NCBI GenBank assembly: GCA_963845755.1
Contig: CAWJTV010000036.1
Location: 96,001 to 160,000, forward strand
From: an uncultured Planctomycetota bacterium
GTDB lineage: Bacteria; Planctomycetota; Planctomycetia; Isosphaerales; Isosphaeraceae
DNA length: 64,000 nucleotides
Reading direction: 5' to 3'
Positions 27,524-37,786 of the stretch are shown in pieces (within the stretch, counting starts at the first letter, position 1; the number at the start of each line of letters is the position of its first letter). The notes under the pieces were generated by a model. It ran no database searches. It saw only the letters and a list, made by a program, of their open reading frames with translations, and was not told the origin of the DNA. Made by a program: the position numbers and the translations under genes.

Positions 27524-30070
27524 CTACCCTCGTGCGTCCTGTCGACGCACCAGATCCAGCAGCTCCGTGCCTTTCATACGATGGGCGGCGTCGTGGGGGC
27601 AGGCGTAGACGCAGCTCGGCTCCGCGTTCGGGCCGAGGCTGGTACACAGGTCGCAGGTCGTGGCCTTGCGCACGTCGGCCTTCCTCGACTTGTCGTACTG
27701 CTCGACCATGTTGATGTTGCCATAAGGGCAATTCTCGGCACAGAGCCCGCAGCCGATACACCAATCCTCGATGACGATCTCACCTCCCGATCCGGGCGAC
27801 GATCGTCGCCGGATCGATCCTACCGGACAGCCGACCATGCAATACGGATCGAGGCACGAGCGGCACGAGCTGGCCACGAGGAACTGGTCGAACCGCAGTC
27901 CTTCGCGGATCAGGCGGGTCACGCCCTGGTGCGTGTCGGCGCAGGCCTTGGTGCATTCGTCGCAGCGGGTGCATTTCACCAGGTCGAGGACCAGCAGGCT
28001 CTGGGCCTCCATCAATCCCTGGTCCAGGAACGACGCGAGCGGCGTCTCGCGAACTTGTTGCAGGTCGCGCAGGTTGGCCTCGATGCGCTGGCGGGCCTCG
28101 GCGATCACCGCGTCGCGGACGGCGGGCGCCTGGTCGAGGATGGCGCGGAAGTCCGCCGGGCTGATTCGCACCAGGTCCACGTGATCGAGCGCCGTGCAGG
28201 TCGCAACCCGGACGCCGGCCGGGTTCAGCTCGCGCAGCTCGGGCAGGTCGGAGACCACGCCGATCTCGCCGATGTAGCCGCCCGGCCCCACGTAGTTCAG
28301 GACGCGCTCGCCACCGGTCCGTGCCTGCGAGACCTTGACGAACCCGGTCCGCACCAGGTAGAGCCCGTCGGCCGCGGGCGCCCCCTGGCGGAAGATCACC
28401 TGGCCCGGCTCGCAGCGTTGTAGCGAGATTCGCGGCCGCAGATCGTCGACGATCCGTTGAAACCGGGGCTCGTCGTCGCGCAACGGCGCGAACAAGGGGA
28501 TGCTTCGCAGGTGGTTGTCGATGGCGCGCGCCCGGTACTTCGCCTCGAGATCGCGGCGAAACGACGGGCTGCGCTGCATGATGTAGAGCACGTTGCGGAG
28601 CATCTCCAGCACCGTGCAATCCTCCGCCGCGCGGACGGTCGCCGAGTGGGGGTAATGACTCATGCAGGTCATCTCGCCGAAGATGTCGCCTTCGCGCAGC
28701 GTCGCCTGGGGCCGTGCGTAGGGCAAGGCAACCGGGGCGTTGACCGGGATGAACTCGCGCCGCCGATCGTCGGGGCGCGTGGTCATCCGGGTGGTGAATC
28801 GGCCCAGGACGCCCCAGAGGCCGCGCTGGGGCTGATTCTCGACGTGATCGGTCGGGGTGCGGATGTAGATCTCGACCGAGCCCTTCTCGACGAAGAAGGC
28901 CGTCGAGCCATACTCGCCCTCCCGGCAGATGATCTCGCCCTTTCGGAACTCGCGCCGTTTGATCGCCCGGATGTTCCACTGCAGGAACGGGCGCGACACT
29001 CCGCGGAACGCCTCGCGGATCTCCGGGTTCTCGTGCTGGATCAAGCGGTCGACATCGACCGCCCCGCCGCCGGGGAGCTGGGTCTCGACGACTCCGCGGT
29101 GCATCAAGGCGCCGGTGGGGCAGTCGTCGGAGCACTCGCCGCACGCCACGCAGGACGATCCGCCCATCGGGGAGTCGAGGTCGAAGGCGATCCGCGCCTG
29201 ATAGCCTTTGCCCATCCGGCCGATGACGTGGTTCTCCTTGATCACGTCGCAGCCCCGCACGCAGCGGTCGCAGAGGATGCAGGCGTTGTGATCGACGGCG
29301 ATGACCAGGGATGAGTCGTCGCGACGGAGGTCGGCCGCCCGCCCCTCGAACCGGTCCCCGGCCACCCCGAACCGCCGGGCCAGGGCCTCCAGCTCGCAGT
29401 CGCCGGCGCGCTGACGTTCCTTGACGCACGGGGTCGGATGATCGGACATCAGCAGCGACAGCAACGTCGTCACGGCGGACTCGACCCGATGCCGGGCGCC
29501 CGCGTCGGGCGACGCGATGGTGTCGACGATCATCCCGTCCTCGACGCGATGCTGGCACGCGGGGAGGAGCTTGTCGTCGACCTCGACCTTCCCCGTCCGC
29601 CGTCGGAACCGGGCCAGTTGGACGACGCAAACCCGACACACCGCCACCGGGTCCATGTAAGCCGTGTGGCAGAGTATCGGGATCGGGTTATTCGCCTCGC
29701 CGGCCATCCGCTTGAGCGGGCCCACGGAGGGCGAACGGCCGCCCGCTCGCGGGCCGAGATCGGTCCCGTTGCCCTCGACTTTCTCGTAGCGGCGGCCGAC
29801 GGCGTCGTAGATCGTGGTCGGTCGGGGGATGATCTGACCGTCCCCATCATACCTGGGGTCGCCTTGCTCGTCCGTGGCCACCACGGCCTTCTTGACCACG
29901 ACCTCCTCGCCGTCGATTGTGAGCGTGACCTCCTTATCGAGTTCCTCGCGCGTGGCGGCGTCATAGCGGATCAACCGCCCATCGAGATCGCGAACGAATA
30001 GTCCTTCATCCGACCATTCCCATTCGTCGCGATCCTCATTCGGAAGTTCGGCCCGCGGTTCTATGCTCAT
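27524..30070 (-). CDS. Iron-sulfur protein: NuoG/FdhA-like N-terminal [2Fe-2S]+2x[4Fe-4S], two cyclic-nucleotide-binding domains, C-terminal DmsB/NrfC-like 4x[4Fe-4S]
   Basis: 848 aa. ILCH...CRVC...PAC; CILCDRCVRGC; CVACGECSDDCP; ICREGE...FGEM...PHSATVRA; IFRQG...IGEI...RVATCTA; CTRCDECTKAC, CRSCLDPYCMVGCP, CIGCGLCAENCP, CDLC...CVYACP. Confidence 0.9.
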   Translation of the reverse strand: MSIEPRAELPNEDRDEWEWSDEGLFVRDLDGRLIRYDAATREELDKEVTLTIDGEEVVVKKAVVATDEQGDPRYDGDGQIIPRPTTIYDAVGRRYEKVEGNGTDLGPRAGGRSPSVGPLKRMAGEANNPIPILCHTAYMDPVAVCRVCVVQLARFRRRTGKVEVDDKLLPACQHRVEDGMIVDTIASPDAGARHRVESAVTTLLSLLMSDHPTPCVKERQRAGDCELEALARRFGVAGDRFEGRAADLRRDDSSLVIAVDHNACILCDRCVRGCDVIKENHVIGRMGKGYQARIAFDLDSPMGGSSCVACGECSDDCPTGALMHRGVVETQLPGGGAVDVDRLIQHENPEIREAFRGVSRPFLQWNIRAIKRREFRKGEIICREGEYGSTAFFVEKGSVEIYIRTPTDHVENQPQRGLWGVLGRFTTRMTTRPDDRRREFIPVNAPVALPYARPQATLREGDIFGEMTCMSHYPHSATVRAAEDCTVLEMLRNVLYIMQRSPSFRRDLEAKYRARAIDNHLRSIPLFAPLRDDEPRFQRIVDDLRPRISLQRCEPGQVIFRQGAPAADGLYLVRTGFVKVSQARTGGERVLNYVGPGGYIGEIGVVSDLPELRELNPAGVRVATCTALDHVDLVRISPADFRAILDQAPAVRDAVIAEARQRIEANLRDLQQVRETPLASFLDQGLMEAQSLLVLDLVKCTRCDECTKACADTHQGVTRLIREGLRFDQFLVASSCRSCLDPYCMVGCPVGSIRRRSSPGSGGEIVIEDWCIGCGLCAENCPYGNINMVEQYDKSRKADVRKATTCDLCTSLGPNAEPSCVYACPHDAAHRMKGTELLDLVRRQDARG

Positions 30071-30109
30071 GGATCGGGTCCTGATCGGCCGGGCTTCTGC
30101 GTACCAACT

Positions 30110-30165
30110 GGTCAGGCTTTCCAGCCTGAAGCGTGCGGGGAGTCGGGCTGGAAAGCTTGACCTAC
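30110..30165. repeat. GTAG-type REP palindrome overlapping the 3' end of the NuoEF-like gene
   Basis: GGTCAGGCTTTCCAGCCTGA...TCGGGCTGGAAAGCTTGACCTAC, an imperfect inverted repeat reading GTAG... on the minus strand. Confidence 0.75.
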
Positions 30166-32070
30166 GTGAGATTCGTGCTGGTTCCAGTCATGCTCGAACA
30201 GTGAGGCCATGGGCTTGGATGCGGAGGTGCCCAGGCCGCAGATCGAGGTTTGCTCCAGGGTCTCCTGGAGGATGCGCACCAGATCGAACAGCGCAGCACG
30301 CTCCGAGGGGTCGGACGGTCCCTGCGCGAGCCGCTCCCCGATGCGGACGAGCTTCTGGGTGCCGATCCGGCAGGGGACGCACTTGCCGCACGATTCGTTG
30401 CGGAAGAACGTCGTGGCATTGAGCGCAAGGCCGAGCATCTGGACGGCCGGATCGAGCCCCGGGGACCTGGCGACGACCAAGAGCCCGGCCCCGAGCATCA
30501 GGCCCAGCTCATCGAACTCGGCCTTGTCCAGCGGCAGTTCCAGCAGGCTCAGCTCGTTGCGCCCGGCCGGGAAGCTCCTCCGCTGCTTCGCGGGCAGGTC
30601 CGCGGGAGTCAGATTCGCCGGCAGGAATCCGCCCGACGGACCCGAGGGTGCCAGTGCCAGCAGCGGTAGTCCCTTCCGCATGCCCCCGGCCATCGCGACC
30701 AGCTCGCCGACGGTCGTGCCGACGGGCACCTCGTAGACGCCGGGCCTCGCCACGTCGCCGCAGATCGAGAAGAACCGCAGGCCCTTGCCGCGTGGCCATC
30801 GTTCCGGTTTGTCATCGGGCCTTCGACGAGAGACGTACCAGGGGCTGTTCGCCATGCCACTGTCTCGATACCACGCCCCGCCCTTGAGCGCAATCGACGG
30901 GACCCAGGCGAAGGTCTCGACATTGTTCAGCAAGGTCGGCCGGTTGAACAGGCCGTTGGCCTCGATCACCGGCGGCCGGTTGCGCGGCTCGGCCCGATGC
31001 TCCTCGATCGCCTCGATCAGTGCCGACTGCTCGCCGCAGATGTACCCGCCAGGGCTCTCGAAGACCTCCAGCTCGAAGGGCTGGCCGGTCCCCAGCACGT
31101 CCGGCCCGACGACGTCCAGGGCCCGGGCTCGGCGGATCTCCGCCTCGACGGCGCGGATCTGCTCGAAATACTCGTGCCGGATGTAGACGTATCCCCGACG
31201 CGCCCCCACGACCAGCGCGCCCAGGACCATCCCCTCGACCACGAGATGAGGGGCCCGGAGCAGGATCTCGCGGTCCTTGAATGTGGACGGCTCGCTCTCG
31301 TCGCCGTTGCAGATGACGTAGGTCGCATCGGCGCGCTCGGACTCGTCACGGACCTCGCCCCACTTGCTGAATGCGGGGCGACCCGCGCCGCCCATACCGC
31401 GCAGGTCGGACGTCTTCAGGGCGTCGACGAGCGCCTGGCCGACCGCCTTTCGAGCCGCGGGATCCCCGGCCTGCTCGATCGCCGCGGCGAACGCGCGCGC
31501 CGCGGCGTACGGCTCCGGCGGCCGTGCGGCGGGCAGTTCCTCCGCTGGGGAGCCGGCCGGTTCGCCCGGCGTCTCGGCGTGATAGGGGTCGATGCGCCAG
31601 CCCCGCGGCGCGCGATCGACCGGGTCCGGCGGTACCTCGCGGCCGTCGAGGTGCGCCCGGATCAGCTCCCGCATGCGCGCGGTGCGGTCGTCGATCGCGG
31701 TGCGGTCGAGGAACCGCAACTGGTCATGTTGCCCTTTCCGATGCAGCTCGATCAAGACGGCCGGCGCCCCATCGCAGCGGCCCAGGCAGGAGACCCCCTC
31801 GACCTTCACCCGCGACTCGCCGCCGAACTCGCCTGCGACCACCTGGAGACCCAGCAGGCACTCGGCCGCGCCCCGCAGATGGCAGGCCTGGTCCCGGCAC
31901 ACGTGCACCTCGACATCCGGCGGCGGCTCCAGCCGAAAATGCGGGAAGAAGCTGATGACCTCGTGCAGTTGGTGTGGTGGCACGCCGAGACGGTCCGAGA
32001 GGTCCTTGATTTCCTCCGGCGGCAGGTACCCGTGAAGTTCCTGGATCGATCGCAATTGGGGAATAAACAT
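30112..32070 (-). CDS. NuoE-NuoF-like fusion (NAD(P)H-binding FMN/Fe-S diaphorase subunit)
   Basis: Likely start MFIPQLRSIQE at 32070; NuoE CRDQAC...CLGRC; NuoF LRGMGGAG, CNGDESEPSTFKDR, YICGEQSAL, NNVET, ESCGKCVPCRIG, SICGLG. Confidence 0.9.
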   Translation of the reverse strand: MFIPQLRSIQELHGYLPPEEIKDLSDRLGVPPHQLHEVISFFPHFRLEPPPDVEVHVCRDQACHLRGAAECLLGLQVVAGEFGGESRVKVEGVSCLGRCDGAPAVLIELHRKGQHDQLRFLDRTAIDDRTARMRELIRAHLDGREVPPDPVDRAPRGWRIDPYHAETPGEPAGSPAEELPAARPPEPYAAARAFAAAIEQAGDPAARKAVGQALVDALKTSDLRGMGGAGRPAFSKWGEVRDESERADATYVICNGDESEPSTFKDREILLRAPHLVVEGMVLGALVVGARRGYVYIRHEYFEQIRAVEAEIRRARALDVVGPDVLGTGQPFELEVFESPGGYICGEQSALIEAIEEHRAEPRNRPPVIEANGLFNRPTLLNNVETFAWVPSIALKGGAWYRDSGMANSPWYVSRRRPDDKPERWPRGKGLRFFSICGDVARPGVYEVPVGTTVGELVAMAGGMRKGLPLLALAPSGPSGGFLPANLTPADLPAKQRRSFPAGRNELSLLELPLDKAEFDELGLMLGAGLLVVARSPGLDPAVQMLGLALNATTFFRNESCGKCVPCRIGTQKLVRIGERLAQGPSDPSERAALFDLVRILQETLEQTSICGLGTSASKPMASLFEHDWNQHESHVGQAFQPDSPHASGWKA

Positions 32071-32473
32071 CAGATTTCCTGCATGCGATTTGCCAGTGAT
32101 GAAGGACCGTCTCCGCCGGGCCCGACCGTCGCGATGCCTCGATTCCTCGACCGGCGCGTGGACCTCGGGAGTTCCAAGCGTACGCCTCCGCGCCCTTCGG
32201 GTCAACCGGCGGACGAGGTATGAGTCCATCCGCGCCCTGGGTCGAGAAAACCTGGCGATGCGCTCTCGGACCGCAGCTATCCTGATGTTTTTCGGGTATC
32301 ATGAGAGGTGGGAGGTTTCCGAAACGTGGCCCACCCTGCGCCGCCGCTATCCTCATGTCTCGGCGTGAGATGGAGACTCCCTCGCCCTGGTGTCGGCGTA
32401 ACCTTTTACCTCGGATTAACTGGAAGAAGCGGTCCTGGAGCGGGCGTCGGGGAACGCCAAGAGGGAGGCGGGC

Positions 32474-33946
32474 GTGAACAGTGCGAGGTTGGAAGGGCTG
32501 ATTCGAATGATGCGACCCTGCCGGGCCGCGGTGATCGGCGACGTGATGCTCGACCGTTACGTCCAGGGGAACGCCGATCGGATCAGCCCCGAGGCGCCGA
32601 TTCCGATCCTCGATGTCATGGGCGAGTACCAGATGCTCGGCGGCGCGGCGAATGTGACGATGAAAGTCGCGGAGTTGGGATCGAGCGCCGTATGGTCGGC
32701 CTGGTTGGGGTTGATCCGCCCGCCGCCGAACTGCGGGCACTCCTGGCCGGGCAACCCGAGATCACCGATAGCCTGGTCTCCGATTCCGGCCGGCTCACCA
32801 CGGTCAAGACGCGATTCATGGCCCACAACCAGCAGCTCCTGCGGGCGGATCGCGAGATCCGACGCCCGCCGGCAGGCGAGACCCTCCACCAGATCGCGCA
32901 GACCGCAAGGGCCGCGGCGGCCGCGGCCGATGCCGTGATTCTGGTCGACTACGGCAAAGGAGTGCTGTGCTCCGAGGTCATATCCGCCGCGCTCGAGGGT
33001 GCCGGATCGAGCGGCGCCCTGGTAGTCGTGGATCCCCATGGACTCGACTACACCCGCTATGCCGGGGCGACCGTGCTGACGCCCAATTTGAAGGAGGTGG
33101 AACTCGCCAGCCAGCGGCCGATCAACGACCTGACCAGCCTGGAAGACGCTGCGCAATGGCTCGTCGATCAGAGCAACGCGGCCATCGCCGTGACGCGAGG
33201 ACCTGACGGAATCTCGCTGTTCCGCCGCGGAGGTCCCGGCGAACCGGTCACCCATACGCCCTTACCGACCTGGCCGATCGCGGTACACGACGTCACGGGG
33301 GCCGGCGATGCGGTGACGGCGGTCATCGCCATCGCCTTGGCGTCCGGGATCGACATGGCCGATGCCTGTAGCCTGGCGAACCTCGCGGGCGGGAGTGTGG
33401 TCGGTCAGTTGGGCGTTGGCACCCTCTCGATCGCCCACCTTCTGGCCGAGTCGCGACGGGAGTCGCTCGATCCGGGACTCAAGGTCGTGGACATCGCCCG
33501 GGCTTGCCAGAGCGACACGCAGGATCCGCGAGACCGGCGGCCGAGTTGTGTTTACCAACGGGTGCTTCGATATCCTCCACCAGGGCCACATGAATCTCCT
33601 CCGGTTCGCGCGAGGACAGGGCGACATCCTCATCCTGGGGCTCAACAGCGATGCATCGGTGAAGCGGCACAAGGGCCCGAGCCGACCCTACGTGCCGGAG
33701 GCGCAGCGATCTTACATGCTGTCACTCTATCCGTTCGTCAACCTGATCGTCCCCTTCGAAGACGACACTCCGATGAGCATTATCGAAGCGATTCGACCGG
33801 ACGTGCTGGTCAAAGGGGGCGACTACACCCCGGAGACGGTCGTGGGCCGCACCCTCGTCGAGTCGTACGGCGGCGAGGTGGTCATCTGCCCGCGATTGGA
33901 AGGGCTCAGTACAACTGCCCTCCTGCGAAGAATGACGGCCCCTTAG
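32474..33946 (+). CDS. hldE: Bifunctional heptose-7-phosphate kinase / heptose-1-phosphate adenylyltransferase; frameshifts near 32680 and 33510
   Basis: VIGDVMLDRY...RISPEAP, GGAANV, DYGKG, LTPNLKE, DVTGAGD, then VFTNGCFDILHQGH, GLNSDAS, LVKGGDY, GLSTT. Confidence 0.92.
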
Positions 33947-34066
33947 CGATCCAGGGATTGCCTTCGCCGCCCGGCCGACCGCGATCCAGCCTTCAATCGC
34001 CCTCGATGAGTCCGCGCGGGGAACGCGATCGATCGATCGCCCAACGGAACCGCCGGCGCCCGGAAG

Positions 34067-34294
34067 CTATCGGTCGGGCTTCTGATCCGAGCTCATGGCA
34101 TCAACAAGGCTTTTCGGTCGCATATCGGTCCAGTTGGACTCGATCCAGTCGAGACATTCCTGGCGCGAGCACACGGGAAGGACAACCGTCCAACCCGAGG
34201 GTGCCGGCCGGAAGGACGGCCACAAGGAGTACTGGTTCTCTTCGTTGACCAGGACAACGTACTGGCCACCGTCATCTTCGAATGGATTTGTCAT
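34067..34294 (-). CDS. mbtH: MbtH-like protein
   Basis: MTNPFED...[13 protein letters not shown]...P.GW...[25 protein letters not shown] upstream. Confidence 0.97.
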   Translation of the reverse strand: MTNPFEDDGGQYVVLVNEENQYSLWPSFRPAPSGWTVVLPVCSRQECLDWIESNWTDMRPKSLVDAMSSDQKPDR

Positions 34295-34303
34295 GGTGTC
34301 CTT

Positions 34304-35034
34304 TCAGTCGGTAGGGATGGGGCCGATCGGATTGGCGCGCATTCGAATCGCTACCCCGCACGGGATAGACGAAATGCCCTTCGAACAATTGATCAACCTT
34401 GATCTTGACGCCAGGGACCGTGTATCGGATCGCGAGGCCGAGCCGCCGCTTGGTCGACGAATTCCGCGGTGAATGATGCAGGATATTCTCGTGGAACAGG
34501 ATGAACTGTCCTGCGCAGCTCGATCTGTCGGGCCCTGGCTTTATCCATCGTCGAGATCTCTGCGTGTGCATTGAACTCGTCGGATCGTGAACGCGGGACG
34601 TGCGAAACATAATGGAGGTGGCTCTCTGGCACGACTTGCAGGCCACCGTTGCTGGCATCGGCATCGTCGATCGCCAGCCAGACGGCGACGTTGACCACCG
34701 GCTCCATCATCACGAAGCTTCGATCCTGATGCCAGGGAATCTCGCTCCCGCCGGGCTCCTTGTTGAAGAAGACCGAATTCCACAGGACGACGTCCGGCCC
34801 GACGAGTGAGGAGACTCGGTCCACGATCGCCGGGCTCGCGCAGATGTCATAGATAATCCGGCAATCCTGGTGGCGCGATCCCCACCGGTCGCCCCCGTGC
34901 GGTCCGGCCTTGCGGTCCAGCGTGTCACCGATGGCCTGACGCAACGCCCCCATCTCCTCGGAAGAGCAAAACTCCAGGGGAGCGAGATAACCCTCTCGTT
35001 CGTAGCGCTCTCGTTCCTCATCGGTCAGATGCAT
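34304..35034 (-). CDS. Phytanoyl-CoA dioxygenase (PhyH) family Fe(II)/2-oxoglutarate oxygenase; frameshift near 34515, end approximate
   Basis: MHLTDEERERYEREGY...FFNKEPG...IPWHQD...WLAIDDA...NGGLQVVPESH; shifted frame GQFILFHENILHHSPRN...RRLGLAIRY. Confidence 0.85.
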
Positions 35035-35146
35035 GCGTGGCCTCCACGGGCGCTGATGGGCGGATGCCCGCTCCGGAAAGTTGACCCACTCGTCCCGTCC
35101 TGTCTCGCTTCGGCTCGAGGCGTTACGTCTCGATCGGCGCAGCGGA

Positions 35147-36295
35147 TCAGGATCCCATCTTGAAGAGGTCGAGGGCGGTCTTGCCGACGATCTTCTGAGC
35201 ATTCTCGACGCTAGTTGCCTCGAATACCGCCGCGATGGCGCTCCGGGTATAGCCCAGCGTGCTCTCGAGATGCGGATAGTCCGACGACCACATCACCCGG
35301 TCCGCGCCGATGCGATGCAGCAGCTCCAACCCCGTCGGGTCGGTCATGAAGGTCGCGTAGCAATGATTGAACCAGTACCAACTGGGCGGATGGGCCAGCT
35401 TCGGTTGGAGTTGGCTCTGAAACGAATGATAGATCATGTCGGCGTCATGGACGGCGCTGGCGACCCAACTGATGCCACCTTCGAGGAAGACAACCCGCAG
35501 TCCGGGATGACGGTCGAAGACGCCGCCGAACGCCAGGGCTCCCCATGACGGCCGAAAACCCTGCATCTGGCTCAGGACCGACGCACCGATGGCACCCGGG
35601 AGCTGGGTCGGCGTGCTTTCACCGATGTGGAAACTCAAGGGTAGCCCCGACTCCTCGACGGCCGCCCAGAACGGTTCCATCTTGGGGCTCGCCCAGTAGA
35701 TCTGCTCGCCGTCGATGTCCTTGCGCGGATGGATCGGCACCATCACTGTCCGAGCGCCGAGGGCCAGGATCTCCTGGAGCGACTCGCGCGTTGCGGCCGG
35801 ATTCCAATAATTCGGGATGGCCACGAAGAACAGGCGGTCCGGCGCCTGGGAACAAACCTCGGACATGTACTGATTGTACGCGCCGAAGATCCATTCCCGC
35901 AGATCCAGGTCGCCGGCGATGTACAGCCCGAAGAGCCGCTGGGGAAACAAGAGCTCCTTCTCGATGCCTTCCAGGTCCATATCCCTGACCCGATCGGGGA
36001 CGTTACTCATCCCATCGAGGCATTCGAAGGCACTACAGAGCACCTTGGCCTCCTCGGTGGATGGCGGCTTCTCGCCGTTGACGACGATCTGCCAGCCGCC
36101 CCCTTCGAAGAGCATGCGCGGCGCACGGTCCTTGAGGTGTTCGGGAAACCGGTCGATCCAGAGATCGCCTTCGAGCCAATGACTGTCGGCGGATACGATG
36201 GTGGTCCCCGGCGGCCAGGTTGCGCCGGCGGTCTGGGGCCGCCTCTGCGTCGGGACGGCAATCTCATTCATCTCGGGGATTTCCAGTACAGACAC
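35147..36295 (-). CDS. Amidohydrolase family (amidohydro_2) protein
   Basis: 382 aa; VSADSH, LSFHIGE, VFDRHPGLRVVFLEGG, WSSDYPH. Confidence 0.88.
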   Translation of the reverse strand: MSVLEIPEMNEIAVPTQRRPQTAGATWPPGTTIVSADSHWLEGDLWIDRFPEHLKDRAPRMLFEGGGWQIVVNGEKPPSTEEAKVLCSAFECLDGMSNVPDRVRDMDLEGIEKELLFPQRLFGLYIAGDLDLREWIFGAYNQYMSEVCSQAPDRLFFVAIPNYWNPAATRESLQEILALGARTVMVPIHPRKDIDGEQIYWASPKMEPFWAAVEESGLPLSFHIGESTPTQLPGAIGASVLSQMQGFRPSWGALAFGGVFDRHPGLRVVFLEGGISWVASAVHDADMIYHSFQSQLQPKLAHPPSWYWFNHCYATFMTDPTGLELLHRIGADRVMWSSDYPHLESTLGYTRSAIAAVFEATSVENAQKIVGKTALDLFKMGS

Positions 36296-36554
36296 GGGGA
36301 ACCCTCCTGTTCAAAAGATGGTTTTTTGGAAATCAGTTTACTCATCCGGCATTTGACCCCGCAAGGCGAGGCTCGCTCGAAACCCCCCTGCCGGATGGGC
36401 CCCAGGCCGCGTCCGTCGCGTGTAGCCGCGACGAGCAAAGGCATGATACAATCAACCCCGAAAGCACCTGACCTCTCGAATTGGACGTCCACGATGTCGG
36501 TTACGGTGGCGTTCCCGAGGCTCCTGGCGCACACAGGATTGAGGGTTAAGCAGA

Positions 36555-36797
36555 ATGTACACATATATTCCTGTGTCCTTGGTTCAGGAACGGATGGCGA
36601 TCTGCAAGTCCAGGCTCGACGAGATCGGCCGGGCGCTCGGCTCCGAGCTGGAGAAGCCCATGCACCGGAGGAATCCCCTGGTGCTGACGTTCCTGGAGTC
36701 CCAGAGGCAGAAGTTCGACTTTTCCATGGCGACATTGTCCGAACTCCTCGACGCCGCCGGCGAGGCAGGCCCATCGATCGGGACCCGCCCCGAGTAA
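36555..36797 (+). CDS. Small hypothetical protein
   Basis: 80-aa ORF filling the gap upstream of the GT9 gene on the same strand, with GAGG upstream; no recognisable motif. Confidence 0.4.
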   Translation: MYTYIPVSLVQERMAICKSRLDEIGRALGSELEKPMHRRNPLVLTFLESQRQKFDFSMATLSELLDAAGEAGPSIGTRPE

Positions 36798-36856
36798 GAT
36801 TCGCCCACAGGCGGTCCGGCTCCCCGGCTCCCCGCCGCAACCCTCCAGGTTCCAAG

Positions 36857-37729
36857 ATGCCCGATGTCGTTCGAATCCTGGCATTCGGTGGGATCGGAGA
36901 TGCGATCCTGCTGACGCCCTCCCTGCGAGCGTTGGCCACCTCCGATCCGGGGCGAAGGATCGTCGTCTGGACGGAAAACCCCGGCCATAAGGCGGTATTC
37001 AAGGATAATCCGTTCATTTCAACGTTCCGATATATAGGGAGAATTGCCAAGCGACTCTATCACGCAGCCGGCGGGCCGCGGTGGTTGCCCTACGTGTACA
37101 CGGACTACAGTCGCACCATCCCCAGCCTGCTCTACTCGAAACCGGCGTCCCACATCATCGCCGAGATCCTGAACACGTCCGTGCAGGGCCAGGCGCCGGA
37201 GCTCTTCCTCTCCGCCGCCGAGAACTCAGCGGCCTCCGGGCGGGTCGAGGGATTCAAGCGACCGCTCATCGCGATTCACGTGCAGGCCGCCTCGTCTCCG
37301 AACAAGCATTGGGACCTCGCAAACTGGGAAAACCTCGTCTCTCGAAATCCGAATCTGACTTTTGTACAACTGGGTAGCCGGAGCGAACCCACCATTCGTG
37401 GAGCTCGTGGGCTCAAGGGAATCGGGCTGCGTGAGACCTTTGCAACGATCGAGCATTGTGACGCGTTCGTCGGCGTGGATTCCGGCCTGGGACATGCCGC
37501 CACCGCCCTGAACACGCCGGCGGTGATCCTCTTCGGCGCAACCACCCCGATCATCTGGGGCCACGAGAGGAACGCGAATCTGTATCGGAGTCGATACTGT
37601 TCGCCCTGCATCGATCTCATCCAGTCGTCGCCTTGTCCTTTCTCTGTCGCCTGCATGAGCGCCATATCCGTGCAAGACGTCGAGGAAGCCTTGTGGAACC
37701 AGCTACGCCCACGCGGAACTGTATTGTGA
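36857..37729 (+). CDS. Glycosyltransferase family 9 (ADP-heptose heptosyltransferase-like)
   Basis: MPDVVRILAFGGIGDAILLTP...; NKHW, FVGVDSGLGHAATALNTPAVILFG, CSPC...CM. Confidence 0.88.
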   Translation: MPDVVRILAFGGIGDAILLTPSLRALATSDPGRRIVVWTENPGHKAVFKDNPFISTFRYIGRIAKRLYHAAGGPRWLPYVYTDYSRTIPSLLYSKPASHIIAEILNTSVQGQAPELFLSAAENSAASGRVEGFKRPLIAIHVQAASSPNKHWDLANWENLVSRNPNLTFVQLGSRSEPTIRGARGLKGIGLRETFATIEHCDAFVGVDSGLGHAATALNTPAVILFGATTPIIWGHERNANLYRSRYCSPCIDLIQSSPCPFSVACMSAISVQDVEEALWNQLRPRGTVL

Positions 37730-37786
37730 AAACACAATGATATCTATAAAAATATCATAAAAATTATTTTTAAATCAAATTAACTT

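Noticed and set aside
25628..30070. Canonical Pycsar or CBASS system
   Set aside because: No TIR or PycTM-type effector and no CD-NTase; only the cyclase plus cNMP-receptor logic is shared.
27524..32070. Respiratory complex I, formate dehydrogenase or [FeFe]-hydrogenase operon
   Set aside because: No membrane-arm subunits, molybdopterin domain or H-cluster motifs; cNMP domains occupy that position. Gene symbols nuoE/F/G were therefore not assigned.
34304..35034. Fe/2OG halogenase
   Set aside because: It has HQD; SyrB2-type halogenases replace the Asp with Ala or Gly.
35729..36856. N-terminal extension of the GT9 ORF (666 aa), likewise the 32229 start for NuoEF and the 32308 start for HldE
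   Set aside because: The extensions overlap opposite-strand genes or lack family motifs; homology begins at 36857, 32070 and 32474.
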